Source: a virus
Virus record (IMG/VR): IMGVR_UViG_3300045988_000342
Coordinates: 1-5,054 of that record
Length of the DNA stretch: 5,054 nt
Direction: 5' to 3' (one strand)
Under the pieces are notes generated by a model, which saw nothing but the letters and a program-made list of their open reading frames with translations, was not told the origin of the DNA and ran no database searches. Positions 4,052-5,054 of the stretch are shown in pieces. Within the stretch, counting starts at the first letter, position 1. Each line of letters begins with the position of its first letter. The position numbers and the translations under genes are program-made.

Positions 4052-5054
4052 TTGGCTCGAAAAATTAGAGTTCGAGGTCATCGCTTTAGCGATGCTCCTG
4101 CAATGTATATGAGGAGAACGAAGTTTGACCGCTCTCACGTCTATAAGACTACTTTTAATTCAGGTAAGCTTATACCTGTATTTGTTGACGAGGTTTTGCC
4201 TGGCGATACTACTCGTATGTCTGTTAATTATTTCGCTCGCTTGGCTACTCCTGTTAAGCCTATCATGGATAATATTTATCTGGACTGGTTTTTCTTTTTT
4301 GTACCAAACCGCCTCGTTTGGGAACATTGGCAGAACTTCTGCTTTGAACAGGAAGACCCTGATGATAGCACTGATTATGTTATCCCTACTGTTACTGCTA
4401 CTGGTAATTCTGAAAATGCCTATGTAGGTTCTCTTTGGGACTATTTCGGTTTGCCCGTGAATACTTCTGGTAATTTATCTGGCATTACTGCCCTTCCATT
4501 CCGTGGTGTTTACCTTATTTGGAATGAATGGTTTAGAGATGAAAATCTCCAGCAATCCGTCAAGATTCAGAAAGGCGATAACAACGAAGTTTTGAACTCT
4601 GCCCGATCTGCTGAACAGCCTTCTTGGGTTTTCACTTCAGGTACCAATATTGTTCCCGGCCTTGCTTGTCCGCCTCGCGGTAAGCGTCATGATTACTTTA
4701 CTTCTGCTCTGCCTTGGACGCAGAAGGGACCCGGTGTATCTATAGGCCTTGCCGGCACCGCTTCTATAGTTGACCCTACCCCTGATCCTGGTTATCTTCT
4801 CCATAGTAACGCTAATCAGCTCGCCGTTGTTTCTGCCACTCGCCATGAAGGCAAATCAGGCGGTTATAGAGTTGCAACAGGTGATGGAGTTGTTACGTTC
4901 TCCCGTTTTGGTTCAGATTCTGATTCTAGTAGTGTAGCCGGTTTTGCTGGTAATACCTCTGGTGCGGTAAATGTTTCTGCTCAAGTCGGTTCTGCTTATC
5001 TTGGCAATGATTCTTATGTTGATTTGGACACTTCAAGTATCTTTACGATCAACA
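4052..5054 (+). CDS. VP1: Major capsid protein VP1, N-terminal part (runs off the window end and continues at base 56 of the circle)
   Basis: Frame 2 is open from 4019 to the end of the window by my own translation; it is absent from the ORF track because no stop is reached. The product is (M)ARKIRVRGHRFSDAPAMYMRRTKFDRSHVYKTTFNSGKLIPVFVDEVLPGDT...LDWFFFFVPNRLVWEHW...LPFRGVYLIWNEWFRDENLQ...KRHDYFTSALPWTQKG..., all hallmark gokushovirus VP1 blocks. The proposed start is TTG 4052, 4 nt after AGGTGA 4042-4047. The first in-frame ATG (4103) has no SD and would truncate the conserved N-terminal segment. Confidence 0.93.
   Translation, partial: MARKIRVRGHRFSDAPAMYMRRTKFDRSHVYKTTFNSGKLIPVFVDEVLPGDTTRMSVNYFARLATPVKPIMDNIYLDWFFFFVPNRLVWEHWQNFCFEQEDPDDSTDYVIPTVTATGNSENAYVGSLWDYFGLPVNTSGNLSGITALPFRGVYLIWNEWFRDENLQQSVKIQKGDNNEVLNSARSAEQPSWVFTSGTNIVPGLACPPRGKRHDYFTSALPWTQKGPGVSIGLAGTASIVDPTPDPGYLLHSNANQLAVVSATRHEGKSGGYRVATGDGVVTFSRFGSDSDSSSVAGFAGNTSGAVNVSAQVGSAYLGNDSYVDLDTSSIFTIN
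5000..5054. repeat. Terminal redundancy, copy 2 (identical to 1-55)
   Basis: Exact 55-nt identity with the window start. Confidence 0.97.

Noticed and set aside
4047-4112. ATG-initiated 21-codon ORF overlapping the VP1 start region
   Set aside because: The ATG lies inside the SD (AAGGTGATG, zero spacing), is out of frame with VP1, and terminates after 21 codons. It is more likely fortuitous. It would matter only if the T-run at 4050-4053 is miscalled.
1-5054. Search by eye for tRNA/rRNA, CRISPR repeats, integrase/transposase, att sites or defence/anti-defence cassettes
   Set aside because: No regularly spaced repeats, no cloverleaf-like segments, and no large unassigned coding capacity. Apart from two small orphans and two short intergenic regions, the whole circle is accounted for by the Microviridae core genes.

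Overview
The window is a complete, circularly permuted genome of a Gokushovirinae-like member of the Microviridae (small circular ssDNA phage). Bases 1-55 are identical to 5000-5054, so the real unit is a 4999-nt circle opened inside the major capsid gene. All supportable genes are on the + strand. In order: VP1 major capsid (4052..4999 joined to 1..795, absent from the ORF track because it runs off the window end), VP2 minor capsid/pilot protein, a 79-aa orphan with a hydrophobic N-terminus, a 36-aa arginine-rich J/ORF8-like DNA-binding peptide (too short for the ORF track), VP4 replication initiator (HUH and two-tyrosine motifs), an 80-aa orphan, VP5, and VP3 internal scaffolding protein. 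Coding frames share a marked T-ending codon preference. That preference also explains the long antisense ORFs and the hydrophobic +1-frame ORFs as likely by-products. There are two non-coding regions. 3339-3445 holds a GNRA-loop intrinsic terminator and a GC-rich island. 3929-4051 holds a 49-nt composite hairpin followed by a three-copy AACCTAAG/CTTAGGTT motif set. Three TTGACA-N14-TGn-hexamer promoter-like sites lie at gene junctions. I see no tRNA, rRNA, CRISPR, integrase or transposase. The most interesting leads are the 79-aa membrane-anchored orphan (candidate lysis function, which is undefined in gokushoviruses), the structured VP3-VP1 intergenic region (candidate complementary-strand origin), and non-ATG start predictions for several genes. 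All family assignments rest on motif recognition by eye; no searches were run.
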